A stretch of DNA of 64,000 bases from the human T2T-CHM13v2.0 reference genome, Homo sapiens, in NCBI RefSeq assembly GCF_009914755.1, contig NC_060933.1. One strand, 5' to 3'. The translations under genes and the position numbers were made by a program. Below, piece by piece: positions 1 to 14,673 of this stretch (position 1 is its first letter; each line of letters opens with the position of its first letter). The notes beneath the pieces were generated by a model. The model did no database searches. It was not told the origin of the DNA and was given only the letters and a program-made list of their open reading frames with translations.

Positions 1-122
1 AAGCTTTAAGATCAACTGTTTTTAAGATACAAACTCAGGCTTCTGTCTGTAGGCACCAAAAATCATGCCCTGGACTTCTAGCATCAAGGTAGTTAGAATA
101 CCTGTTAAGAATACATGGAATT

Positions 123-423
<301 letters not shown>

Positions 424-1857
424 CATGAAATTTAGTTTTATTTCTGGCTCTGAAGCTTTCTTGGACCATCAGGCACTCATTAACTTCTCTGAGTCTCATT
501 TTTCCCATCTGTTGAATGGAGATGCTGATCATAGCTCTCCTGCTTACCTTAAAGGACTACTGGGGGAATTCAGTGAGAGCCTTTACTTACTGAACATCTA
601 CTGTAAAGTAGACATTGGCTTTAAGACAAGTGGGAACACATTGTCATTTATAAGATTTATGTAAAGTAAATAAAAGAAATTTTTATTGTTGTAGTTATTC
701 TATTGGAGAAAATTAAAGTTGGGTATACAATCACGGACTGTACCTGATTAATTCTTGCATCTGATTCTTATGCCTCTGTCTTCAGAATATTTGTAATAAT
801 CTACAATTGTCCATTTTGGACTGTGAATCTTTTGAAGTTGAAATTACCTTTTCTTAGGTTGGCAGTGTTTCTCACCTGGATTATGGCAGTATCCTCTTAT
901 CTTGCCTCTCTGCCCTCAGTCTCAGCTGCTCCAATCCATTCTATGCATAGCAGACAACTATAAAGATATTTCACTTCTGCTGAAAATCCTTCCATTGCTT
1001 TATGCTCTTCTGAGACATCTACTTTTTTAGACTCTCTTTAGAGAATCTTTAAATCCTAGCCTCTGATAGTTTCTCCAGGCATATCTCTCAACACATCTCT
1101 TCCTACCCCACTAATACAGTCATGTGCATTCCCACAGAGAAGCCCAAAATCAATATTGGAGTCTCTCTGAAATACCTGAATCCTTAATGAGGTCCCAGCA
1201 CCTTGGACCTTTGCATAGTTTTGGCTAGAACATCTTTGTTCCTGTGACTTCCCACTTAGGTTCAACTCCAAAATATCTCTCAGATTTCAACTTGAAAGTC
1301 CCTTCACTTCCTCTGGGGAATCTTGCATGATATTCCTTTTTTCCTTTTTCCTTCCTAGCTCATTATCAAACCTGACATCTAGTAATTGTAGTTGCTATTA
1401 GGCAGTGTCTGTTTCATTTTTAGGTGGTTACTAGACTTTGAGCTCTTTGAAGACAGGGATTGAGTCTCACTCATATTCTCTTTTCTTGAATTCTTTCCTT
1501 TCTTCCATAAATAGTACGTGATTTTCCACTTTGGGCCAGGCACAGTATTCTTAACGTGCTCATATCTTCATGCCTAATATGGTGCCTGGTACAAAGCAAG
1601 CAATAAACATGAATGATGGAATGAGTCAACCAGTGAATCAAAGGTTTAGTTCAAACAAGTTAAGCCCTCCCTATGGTCTAGGAGCTTCGAGAGGATCAAC
1701 ACCTTTTCTAACTTTTGCTTTTTACCATATTCTAGTTCCTTTTTTGTTTCACCCTCTGACAGAGAGAAGCTGAGTGGGAACAGGCTGCCACATTTTTGTA
1801 GGATATATCATCCAACTGGTGAATCACCCAGGCCCTTGATTTGGCTTACTATTTAAC

Positions 1858-2162
1858 TTTTTTTTTTTTCTTTTTTTTTTTTAGATGGGCTGTCACTCTG
1901 TCAACCTAGGCTAGAGTGCAGTGGTGCAACTTTGGCCTGCTGCAGCTTCAACCTCATGTGCTCAAGCAATCCTGCTACCTCAGCCTCCAGAGTATGGGAC
2001 TACAGGTACAGTCCAGCATGGCAGGATAATTTTTATATATTTTGTAGAGACGGGGTCTGTCTTTGTTTTCCAGGCTGGTCTCGAATTACTGGGTTCAAGC
2101 AATCCTCCGGCCTCAGCCTCCAAAAGTGCTGGGATTATAGGCATGAACCACCATGCTCGGCC
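1858..2162 (-). mobile_element. Old full-length Alu (AluJ-like)
   Basis: Poly(T) followed by reverse-complement Alu arms, highly diverged; TSD tattt(a/g)ac. Confidence 0.93.
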
Positions 2163-2559
2163 TATTTGACCATTTTAATGTTCTTATTAACTTGCTCTCC
2201 TGGGTGGTAGGAAGATCATGGCATGGAGTCCAAGGTTCTCTCACTTGCAAGTGTCCTTCGTGCACTTCGCTGAGTGTCCTTGTCCTCATCTGTAAAAAGG
2301 AGATGGTGATATTTAGTCTTGTGAGAAACTACTTGAGAGAAGTATTATAAGTACCTGGTTACTTGATGTAGTCCTTGGCAAAGGGTGGATTCTCCAAAAT
2401 TATATCTTCCTATTTCTTTCATTCAACACCCACTCAGCCAGGATAAGACCATACCAGAGCAAGGAGGGGGACTATAAATAACAGCAAAAGGACAATATCT
2501 GCAGAGAAAGTAGGGAGCTGGAACACTGACTAAAGGAAAGTTTTCATATTACCCTGTGA

Positions 2560-3131
<572 letters not shown>

Positions 3132-4059
3132 TGAGAGAATGAATGCGTAGTCATTCTTCAAGGGATTGTCACACAGGGAAGCTTCAATATGTTTGGGTAA
3201 CAGTAATATTATATGATCCATTTTCATTTCTATCAATTTGGTCAGCTAAACTGTACTTTAATTCTGAGATTCTTTAACTCCGACAGCTGGTCCAGACTGG
3301 CATAGGTCCTGGGGGCAATGACAGAGTCCAGATGTCCCCATGGGCATGACTTGCAAATTATGTACTTTGACAGAATATGGTGAGGACAAGAACCAGACCA
3401 TGCAGCACTATTTTCACACCAGCTGCAGAGTCTAAATGTGTTTCCTGACACCTCAGAACCTTCTTGGGGGAGGGCATTCTGGGCTGGGTGATGGGACATG
3501 CTGGGATTTTGTTGCTCTCCTTCCCTTGTGGGTCTTAATGGAAAAGCTAAGTCACCAGCAACAGAGAAATAGCGGTGTCAGGCATTGTTGAAACTTTCCA
3601 TGTATTCTCATGACACATCATTTCCAGTTATAAAAAAGAGTGGAGGTGTTGGGCTCTGTTGCCTAATCGTGGTAAGAAGTCCCTTTTACTAGAATGCATT
3701 TTTTCATCACAGCATCATGGTCAATGATCAACCATGTGAACTTGTGTAAGTTGCATAAACTTTTCAGTATCTTGACGTCTCTGTGGGAAAAGATGGAGGC
3801 CATATGTGGGAGAACAAAATCATGATTAGAGACATGGGAGAGAATAGGGCTTCAGAGTGCAGCTCCACTTCAGACCAGTGCATGGCATAGTACACATTGC
3901 CTGAACTCTCTGAGACTCAGTTTTCTCTCCTGCTAAATGGAAGTGATAGTTGGTCCATTTTATGGAGCCGATGTAAGGACTAAAAGTTATAATGCATATA
4001 ATGTCCTTTGTCTGGCACACATTAAAGGATCAACCCACTTCTGCTACCATTATTATTAG

Positions 4060-4270
4060 GAACAAATACTTACTAAGAACCTACCATATTCAATATCACC
4101 TGAGTGCATTTTCATATTCAATTCTCACAATGACACAAGGAGATATTATCCTAATGTTGACTGTGAAAAAAATTAGACCTGGAGGGTTCAAGTCACTTGC
4201 CCAGATTCACATGGGTGTGAGTGGCAGAGTTGGAACTTAAACCAAGAATTTTTGATACCAAAACCTATTG
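4060..4270 (-). mobile_element. MIR fragment (representative; further MIR-like pieces near 430, 2230, 3850, 15615, 15880, 16800, 46370, 50470, 53190, 53730, 54950, 56650, 58790)
   Basis: MIR core-like text such as gttcaagtcacttgcccagattcaca...gtggcagagttggaacttaaacc; approximate limits. Confidence 0.7.
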
Positions 4271-4597
4271 ATGATCTTTCCACTGAAAGATACTGACTAG
4301 ATGTCACCTTGCTTTCCCTGTCAAATGCTAATCAGAGATCAATGACTAATCAAATGGAACTAATTAATTCTGAGTCAACAAATATTTATAGAGCCCCTGG
4401 TATTTGCCGAGTGCCATGGAGATGAGAGCTACCATGGACAAAAGGATGGTCACCCAATCCTCGGTGGTACAGGACTTCTGTAAATGCCCCAGGAGGTCTT
4501 CCCTTTTTCCCAGGTTGATGCCTTCTGAATCACTTCTGTCCATTCACTGCTTTGTCAGCAGCAGTTTACTTGACTGTTACCTTGGGTAATTCCTTGA

Positions 4598-4900
<303 letters not shown>

Positions 4901-5304
4901 TCCTTGAGCTTCTTGAGAGCAGGCACTGGATCTTTCTTCTTTGCTACTTTCTCTGCAACACACTGCCTGGTACATACTAAATGCCAAAATCTTATTGACA
5001 GGCTTGCAGCGAGGAATGAGCATCTACCTTGCTGGTTAGATTGCTTTTATCCAGAGTGGTGATCCCTGGGGAGATGTTTTGCACTTGGCCTCGTGGCAGA
5101 TGGGTAACAAGTGCTGGATCCCAGAGGAATGATGCATTCAACAAGTCCTGAGTTTTATCTATAGTGCCATGCAGTGAGTTCCTCCTGCTCCTACTGCCAT
5201 GGGCCTTGGGATGCACCTTGAGCACTGACCCCACCTTGTCATGCTTCCTATGTGATAAGTTTCCTTCTGCAGCCAGATAGCTCTTTGACTCAATATTACA
5301 TCAG

Positions 5305-5681
5305 TATTATAAACTGAGTAATTGTGTTTTCCTTCCTCCAATCAACATGTTGAAGTCCTCCTTCCCAATGTGATGGTATTAGGAGGTGGGGCCTTTGAAA
5401 GGTAATTAGGATTAAATGAGGTAATCAGGGTGAAACCCTTATGAATAGAATTAGTGTCCTTATAAGAGTCATGAGAAAGCTTGTTTTCACTTCTGCCATG
5501 TGAGGACACAGAGAGAAGATGATCCTCTGTGAACCAGGAAGAGAGGGCCTTCATGAAATTCTAGATCTTGGAGTTTTTGATCTTAGACTTCTCTGACCCC
5601 AGACTATAAGAAATAAGTATTTTTTGTTTAAGCCACCAGTTTATGGTATTTTTGTTATAGCAGCCCAAATGGACTAAGACA
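5305..5681 (+). mobile_element. MaLR solo LTR (MLT1A/MST-like)
   Basis: cccaatgtgatggtattaggaggtggggcctttg near the start and gttatagcagcccaaatggactaagaca at the end. Confidence 0.85.
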
Positions 5682-6286
5682 CTCAGAAACCTTCCTGTGG
5701 CCTCCTGGAAGACCTTTACTATCCTGCAATTTCTCCAGGGCTGTCAGAAATTTAGACTTCAGTGTGGTTCCAGAACTAGTGTGCAGAAATATAAGGCAAA
5801 GCTCATAACCATCCTCCAGTGTTCAGGCTCAGCATAAGCCCTCTAGGAAACCTTTGTACCTTTCTTTGGGCCTCCCCCACCATAGCCCTCATCATGCTAT
5901 GATTAATTGCTCAATTATCTTTCTCTCTACATTGTCGGTTATTTTTAGCTTTAATTAGTTTGCCAGATAAATGTATCAGCTACAAGCCCTTAGAGGACTT
6001 AGAAGTCTGGAAACTTTGGAGAAACTGTTTATAGGACTGGCAGTTTCTGATGGAGAACATAGGAAGTAGAAAGAAAATATCTGGGTAGTCTTTGGATATT
6101 CCCCAGTGAGGGTCTCTGAGACTGATATGATTGAGCAGCTTTATGAATAAGACCCAAGAGGAAAGGCTGGAGAAAATGAGTAAAACAAAGGGAAATTTTA
6201 CGTACGTTTTTTTGCCCATGAGCTAGTCATGAAAGGGAGAATCAAATGTGATCTCATCAAAGATGTTCCCCCTTGAGATCATAACT

Positions 6287-6452
6287 ATATATATATATAT
6301 ATATATTTTTTGAGACAGCCTCTCTGTCACCCAGGTTGGAGTGCAGTGGCATGATGTCGGCTCCCTGCAACCTTTGCCTCCTGGGTTCAAGCGATTCTTG
6401 TGCTTTAGCACTGAGTAGCTGGGATTACAGGTATGAGCCACCACACCCAGCC
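6287..6452 (-). mobile_element. Monomeric Alu (right-arm/FRAM-like) with (TA)n-converted tail
   Basis: Single arm ending gagccaccacacccagcc; (TA)n at 6287-6306. Confidence 0.85.
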
Positions 6453-7264
6453 CATAATCATATATTCTTAAGTGGGTGTGTGTGCATAGGTATGTGTGCA
6501 TGTGTTTTGCTTTTCAACCTAAAAGCGATCATACAATATGTCAACAGCCTTGTGTGTTAAGCACAACAGAGTTCCTCTCATTCGTAAATGAAGAGTCTGA
6601 GGCTTGAGACTTGGTTTGCCCAAGTCCAGTAGCATTAATACAGGCAGCCAGGTCTTCAGATAGCTGCCCAATTCCCTTTTCGCATCTCAAATATGTGAGG
6701 TCTTCAGACACCTTGGAGATAATATTTGCTCTCACCTCTTTCCTCAAAGAATTAAATGTGACTTGCCATCTTGAGTTTTGTTACAAAAGATTGTAATGCT
6801 ATTCAATAGTGGTATCATATGTTATTTACCATGGAAAAAGATGGCAAAAACTCCCCCTGAGGAACTGCACTAAAAGTAAAAGATCAAGACCAAGGGAAGA
6901 GAAAATACAAATATTCGAACCCTATGTATCTAACATGATTAATATATCCGAGATACATATGCGGCTCTGGTTACCAGAAGCCAAAGAAGAAAAGGGAAGA
7001 AGATTCATTTATTTGTCCTTAGGAAAATAGCAGTTCCCCAGTCAAAGAAATATTTTGCAAGCACTTAGATCTCAGAGAGGTCATTTAAAAGGCCTTTAGC
7101 ATTTATTCAACAAATACTTATTTACTAGCTACTATGTACCAGGCACCATGCTAAGATATGAATATACATAATGAAGAAACAATGTCCTTGTTTCTGTGAA
7201 GCCAAGTCTAGTGAGGGAGAAAGATGTTAAAATTATACTCTTCTATATATTATGATATGGTCAG

Positions 7265-7621
7265 TGATATCTTTTGGCTCTGCGTCCCCACCCAAATCCC
7301 ACCTTGAATTGAAATAATCCCCACATGTCAAGGGCAAGGCCAGCTGGAAGCAATTGGATCTTGGGGCAGTTTCCCTTATGCTGTTCTTGTGATAATGAGT
7401 GAGTGTCACAAGATCTGATGGTTTCATAAGTGTCTGGCATTTCCCCTGCTTGCACTCATTTTCTTTCCTGCTGGCCTGTGAAGCAGTGCCTTCCACCATA
7501 ATTGTAAGTTTCCTGAGACCTCCCCAGACATGTGGAACTGTGAGTCAATTAAACCTCTTTTCTTTATAAATTACCCAGTCTCCAGTATTTCTTCATAGCA
7601 CTGTGAGAACAGACTAATACA
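7265..7621 (+). mobile_element. THE1 (THE1C/D-like) MaLR solo LTR inserted in an L2
   Basis: TGATAT...ggctctgcgtccccacccaaatc start, agactaataca end; 5-bp TSD gtcag (7260-7264, 7622-7626). Confidence 0.93.
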
Positions 7622-8171
7622 GTCAGTAATGGAAAAGAGTAAGATGATGGGAGAGAATTTGAAAGGATTTGGTTTAGCTAGAAGATAGCTCTTGTTAAAG
7701 TGATACTATAGCTGAGATTGAAAGCTAACTAGGTTTTAAAAATTTGGAGCATTAAGAAGAATAGTGTTCAGCAAGAACAGCAGATGTGAAGGTCCCAAGT
7801 CAAGTACAAGACTGATGTATTCCAGAAACTTTTAAGGACAGTGTGTTAGTGTGAATTTCAGAGGCCAAGGAGGAGAATAGTCTGGGATGAGCCCTGAGAG
7901 TAGCAGGAGCCCAGTCCCCTTCCCTGCAGAGCTTTGCTAATGTTGGTGAGATGTGATCTGGAGAGAGACATTAAAACTACTGAAGGATTTCAAGAGAGAA
8001 AGTGGCTGTCAGATTTGCATTTAAGACTATTGCTCTGGCTATTGGAAATGATAGCAAGAAAAGTGGGTGAAAACAAGAGTGCAAGTCTGGAAACTAGAAG
8101 GAGGTTATGGAAGAGGCACCTTTGCCAGAGATTAGGGTGATCTGGAAATACGATAGAAAATAGACATTCTA

Positions 8172-8479
8172 GGACGGGCACAGTGGCTCACGCCTGTAAT
8201 CCCAGCACTTTGGGAGACCGAGGTGGGTGGATCACGAGGTCAGGAGATCGAGATCATCCTGGCTAACACGGTGAAACCCCGTCTCTACTAAAAATACCAA
8301 AATTAGCCGGGCGTGGTGGCGGGCGCCTGTAGTCCCAGCTACTTGGGAGGCTGAGGCAGGAGAATGGCAGGTGAACCCAGGAGGCAGAGCTTGCAGTGAG
8401 CCGAGATCGCACCACTGCATTCCAGCCTGGGTGCAGAGCAAGACTCCATCTCTAAAAAAAAAAAAAAAGAAAAAAGAAA
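8172..8479 (+). mobile_element. AluY
   Basis: Y-type positions gagatcgag..atcctggctaacacgg and agaatggc...gagcttgcagtgag; many CpGs retained; perfect 17-bp TSD agaaaatagacattcta. Confidence 0.96.
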
Positions 8480-10020
8480 AGAAAATAGACATTCTAGAGT
8501 TAAAAACTCAACAAGCTTGATGCAACCATCTTGTTTCAGGGGAAGGCAATTACTGCACAGAGAATAATCATGGACAATGCCCCTCAAACCTCCACATCCC
8601 CAAAATCAGGACATATAGAAGGTTGGAGCAAAAATATAACCTTGGCTAAAATAATTAATAGTGTTCTTCTTGATTCAATTTGCAGGAGACATTCAGAGAA
8701 AATATCCACACTCAAAACTGAAATATGAGTGCCACACAGTCATTGCAGCTCACATCTGGGAATTTTCACCAAGCAACTGAAAAAAAGGCTATTTTCAGTT
8801 CTTTCATATGCTCTTTTTGTCATAAGTTGGGTTCGGGGGGTGGGGTTCAGAACCACAGTTGCTGTGGTGAGAGAAGCAAATTTGACAGCTTCTGGCAGAG
8901 CAAAGCACAAGTATTTCCTGCAGAGTTTTTCAAAGTAAATGGGTCTCCCTCCCTGGGCAGATACTGGCAATCCTTGATGACTCACTTCTGAGGGGCTTAG
9001 CCCATCAAGGATTCAAAGAGAGGGAGAGGCCTGGCACCAGGCCCAGTGCTGGTGACAAAGTGGCTTCTTGCCTGCTTTTTTGTAGTTGCTCCAGTGGGCA
9101 CATCTGTGCCCGGAATTTGTCATGAGACAATGAGGGTTTGTTCCCTGTATCCGAAATGATGACTTCATGATTCTTTTATGGCAGAGTAAGAGTTGGAGCA
9201 GAGGAGATAGAGGATTAATGGAGTTAAAGGAGCATATTACAAAGATTGAGTTTCATATTGGTTAAGATCTGGAATGCTTTCTATCTGGCAAACTGTAAAA
9301 TCCAAAGCATTAATTACATTGACAATAAGGACCCAAGTGTCCTCCCATTTAGCTGTTTTCAAAAGGTATTATGAGTATCCAAGCTGTCAGGGTGATGTGT
9401 GTAGACTTTTTTTCCTTTCCTGTGTCAAAAGCATGATGTTGAGCAGTGGCTTTTAACATTTTTGACAATAACCCATAGTCAGAAGTACCTTTTTTTTTAT
9501 TGTGACTCTCAACACACACATGTAGTGGAAAAAGTTTAATAAAAAATACCACTGCAATAAGTAACACACACAGTTTCTATGATATTTTACTTATTAAATT
9601 ATTTCCTGTGTAAAAATGTGCCTGTGACCCAGTAGATTGTTTTCATGACTCTCTAACAGGTTGTGACCTGCAATTGGAAGACATAGATATTGAGGAAAGA
9701 ACACAGGTCTTGGCTGTTGAGGCTCATGACCTACCTCCCCAGCTGTAGGAGATTTTTCTGTGCTTTAGTATATGAGTAAGCATGAGAGAGGTGATGCTTC
9801 AGTAATACACACTCCCAACATTTCAGTGGCTTAAAACAACAAAAGTTTATTTCACACTCATGCTATAATGGAGGCTTGACTCCATATGATGCAGAGATCC
9901 AGGCTGCAGGAGCCTTCACATCAACCCTACTTTCTCCTCATCTGCTGCAAGAGCAATTTTACTTCTAGCTCTGACTCTTTTTTTTTTTTTTGCTGTATGG
10001 AGCTGGGCAAGTCATAGAAC

Positions 10021-10190
10021 CAGGGCTGACTTTATGTGCATGTGACTTAGGCAGTTGTATAGGGCCTGGTGCTCAGAAGGGCCTTGTGGCTTGGCTTACT
10101 ACTCTGCTGTCACTGCCTTGAAAGTCTTAATAATTTTTTAACAAGAAGGCTCTTTTTGCACCAGGCCACACAAATTATGTAGGTCATTTG
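10021..10190 (+). mobile_element. MER91A-like hAT MITE inserted in a MIR
   Basis: cagggctgacttt...gctcagaagggcc...ttgaaagtcttaataatttt...caaattatgtag matches the recalled MER91A consensus; MIR halves on both sides. Confidence 0.75.
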
Positions 10191-10951
10191 CATACAATCT
10201 TTTCTAAGTCTCCATTTCCTCATCTGTAAAATGGGTTAATAGAGAAGAACTCATAGCATTCTTAAGAGGACTAAAAGAAAGAGCATAGTACATACACATG
10301 TAGTTTTCAACTTGCTGCCTTTATCTTCAGTAGTACCGCTACAGAAAACTTTTACTTAATCAAGTTAGACTTCTCACCTTGAAAAGCTGTACTTCCTTAT
10401 GTTGCCCTCCCTACTCCCTTCTGTTTATTTAAATTTTGTTCATTATTCAGGGCTCTACTCTAACACCTCCTCAGGGTCCTCTTCCATGACTGTCCAAGCT
10501 GTTTTCAGAACCCCTACCCCATTAATTGTGGATCCCTTCTTTATGACTCACTTACTTTTGTTTCCTCTTCTCCTTTGGACCCTTCCTTGGTTAGGATCCC
10601 TGCTACCTCGCCTGGAACATTAAACAGCCTCCCCATTAGTAACCCTTTTAGTAGCCCCTCTCCAGTTTGCCCTCCAGTTCCACTCTCCATCATACCAGGG
10701 TCATCTTCCTGTTACCCCGAAATGTCTTTTCTATCATGCCATTTCAGTTTTCAGAGACTTCAGTGGCTCTTCTCACCTAAAGGGCACTGCCCTTAGTCTT
10801 GCATTTAGGATCTGGCTCTCAGGCCACATTTTGGGTCTCATTTTCCTCCACTCCACTCACACACTGCTCCTGCATTCCTGCTCTACACCATCTCTGGAAT
10901 AGAGCTTATTCTCCTGCCTTTGGTTCTTTGTACATTCTCTTCCTTCTACTA

Positions 10952-11264
<313 letters not shown>

Positions 11265-11965
11265 AAAATGGCCTGCCCCAAGATTTACCCCACACCCCTG
11301 AAATAATCCAATCTACCTTTTACTGCTTGGCTGAAATCCTATCTCCTCAAAGACCTCCTGTGCCAGCTCAGGATGAAAAGTCTCCCTTATTCCTTGGAAT
11401 CCCTATGGCATTTCTTAGAATCTGACATATATCCTGTATGTGTGGGGCAATTCCCCCAACATCTTGGTTGCCTTTTCTGCTGGGTCTGTGTTCCAGGGAA
11501 TAAGGACAAAAACAAAATATGGCTAGAGTTTCAGTCACACTTCGTAGGAACTCCCTGGAATGAAGGGTTCCTGCAGAGATTGCCTGGGGCCCTTCCCGAT
11601 CCCCTCAGCTGTTCTGAATCATCATCCTCCTCTGGGTTCTCCAGGAATTTTGTACATTCTTCTAACATAGCACTGACTACTTTCCATTTGAGTTATTTCT
11701 TGACATGACTGGATCCCCCACGAGGCATATCTTATTCATTATTGCAGTTCTAACAGGGACTGGTGTCAACAGTGAATGGATGGATTGATTGAAGGATAGA
11801 GACTAGAGAGGAAGGAAAGTTGCTGGGGAGGAGATTCCCTGTATATGTAAGTGTGAGACAAGGTGGGCTGTAATAACAACCTCTTACTGGCACAAAGCAA
11901 CAAATATGTATTTCTCATTCATATTCATGTCCACTGTGAGTTGGCCAAAATTCTACTCCACTGCC

Positions 11966-12262
11966 TTTTTTTTTTTTTTTCTTGGAGACAGGGTTTGTTC
12001 TTTTTTATAGCCTGGAGCATAGTGACATGATCACAGCTCACTGCAGCCTTGAGCTCCCATACTCAAACAATCCACCTCAGCCTCCCAAGTAGTTGGGACC
12101 ACAGGCCTGTACCACCATGCCTGGCTACATTTTAAGATTGTTTTGTGGAGACAGGGTCTCTCACTATGTTGCTTAGGCTGGTCTAGAACTCCTGGGCTCA
12201 AGTGATCCTCTCGCCTCAGCCTCCCAAAGTATTGGGATTACAGGTGTGAGCCACTGCGCCTG
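11966..12262 (-). mobile_element. AluJ-like, nested in an old MLT1-type LTR (about 11860-12520)
   Basis: Poly(T) plus diverged reverse Alu; flanks resemble MLT1 (ggctcatgtcatttc...ccaaagcaagtc). Confidence 0.88.
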
Positions 12263-14191
12263 TATTCCCTCTTCATCCTACAACCAAGCCTGATGGAGAA
12301 TCCCTAATCTGGGGCATGCCATTCAGTGGCAGAAGGAAAGGAAAGATGGCAGAGACACACAATGGCTCTCAGAGCATCTGTGAAGAAATGGCTCATGTCA
12401 TTTCAACTGACATCTTGTTGACCAAAGCAAGTCTTGTGGCCACAGGAAGGATAACACTCTCAAAGGGATGAGCACAGGAGAAAGAGGCAGTGAGTATTTT
12501 GACAAGGACACAATCTTCTACAGTGGGGGCAGAGCTTCATGTGGAATTCCACTCACATAATGCTCTTTGTCTGTCGGCATACCCACACTCGTTCTGACCA
12601 GGGAAGAAGGAGGGGGCCATCTACTTGGTGATTCCAGGAGCTGGATGTGCAGGGCGTTGCATCTGTCTCTCCTCTTGCTATTGAGCATAAGCTGCCTCTA
12701 GCGGGCATGCTTTCTACCTTGCCCTCTCAGGGATTGAGGGATAGACTCTCTGGATATATGGTTGTCTACAACTTGGTAGGTAGGTCTGTCTAATCCTGGA
12801 GCTCCATTTATTCATCCGCAGAGCCATATCCTCCAATTTGAGATCTACAAGTAACAACGGTGGTTTTGATTCCCGCCATTGCCTTTACTCCTCTGCCTTA
12901 ATTTTCAATTGGTTTCAAGCTTGGAAAAGAAAGAGAGTTCAATTTTTTGATCTCTCTCTCATATCTCCATAACAGACTTTGCAGAAATATCAGGTCAGGT
13001 CCTGTTACTGATGTGTTCATTCTCATGGGCAGGAAGAGACACTTCAGTGTTGCTGCTGCCAGGATTGTTTCACTTAAAGGAACTCTCTAGCTGTCAGAGA
13101 AAGAGTGATACTCTGAAAATAGTCTCTAACATGCTGCTTCCTGCTCTAGGATCATCTTATAGAAAAGACACTATGTTCATCCTGAGCCAACCTGGTCCCT
13201 TTATAGTCAGATACTAGAGAACAATGAGAAATGGACATGGGGGATATCTTTAGCGAACATCCTTAGTGAGGATCTGTCTCTTCTTTTCCTGTTGGGCATG
13301 AGCTGCTTCTAGAGAGCATGCTTTCTACATTGCCACCCACCCCACCCCACCCTGAGGGATCCAGGAATAGACTCTCCAAATCCAGGGATGTGTACAACTT
13401 GGTAGGTAGGTTGGGTAGGGAGAGTGTTTTGCACAAGCTAGAGCTGGGGTTCATATGTGTCTGGCAAGTGGAGTTAATGGTACTGTTTTCTATCAAGTGT
13501 CCAGTTGCATAAGTTGTTATACAAAGACGGTGCTTTAGCTTTTAACTGGAGGAAGAGGGGGACATACTGACATGTGGGACAGAGGGTAGAGAAGGAAGAG
13601 GTAAAATTGAGAGGGAATAACGTGATTAATTTCCACTCAGCCTGGCCCGATGAGAGACTGTGAGGGTGCTATCTAAAGCTTAAGGAATCATGTTTATGAA
13701 AAAACTGTAAGATTTTGGGAAGCAGCAGCGCTCTTTGGAGATTGGCAACAAATATGACAATTTACTCAAAAGATTTTTATTTCTGGTGGTTCTAGACTGA
13801 GTGACAGCATTGGACAAAGATGTGTGGAGCAGGATGGTAGCTGGAGGAGTGCCAGAGAGAGACCCGGGATCTCACCAAGGTTACAGTGTCTGTGGCTTTG
13901 CGAAGATTCCTCCTAAAATTCTGCTCATGGAAGGATTTCAAAGAAAGACTGAGTGAACTTGTTCCTGAGAATGCTTGAAGGGACGGGGAAACATTAAAAA
14001 ATAAAGACTGGGTTATTGGAAATTGATGGTGGTGTTGGTGGGGGTTGTTAAGAACTACCGTTATTTACACACTGATGAACTTGTGACCTCATCTATATTC
14101 ACAGGCTGCTGGTCTCTGAGCTATTGAGTCCACCTACTTATAGGGATGTTCTTTATATTGGGGTGAATGTTTTGCTTGTGATATATCACTC

Positions 14192-14673
14192 TGTATTAGT
14201 TTCCTATTGCTGATTTAACAAATTAGCACAAACTTAGTGACCTCAAACACACACACACATACACACAAACTCACACACACATTTATTATCTTACAATTCT
14301 GGCAGTCAGAAGTCCTAAGTCAGCCTCACGGGCTAAAATTAAGGTGTCAGCAAGCTATGTTCCTTTTGGAGGCTCTAGAGGAGAGTTTTTTTGCTTGTTT
14401 GTTTGTTTGTTTGTTTTACGTTTTCTAGATTCTGTGACTGCCTGCTGTCCTTGGCTCATGGCCTTTTCCTCATTATCAAAGACGACAGTACAGTATCTTT
14501 CAGCCTTTCTCCTAACTCTGATCCTCTTGACTCCATTTCATAAAAGCCATTTATCTCAATATCTTCATCTCAATATCCTTAACTTAATCACATCTGCAAA
14601 GGTTTTTTTTTTTTTTTTTTTTTTTTAAACATATAAGGTAACGTCTCCCGGGGAGCATTATTCAGCCTGCTAT
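14192..14673 (-). mobile_element. MLT1-type MaLR solo LTR
   Basis: tgtattagtttcctattgctg start, cacaaacttagtg, ttaatcacatctgcaaag, attcagcctgctata end. Confidence 0.85.
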
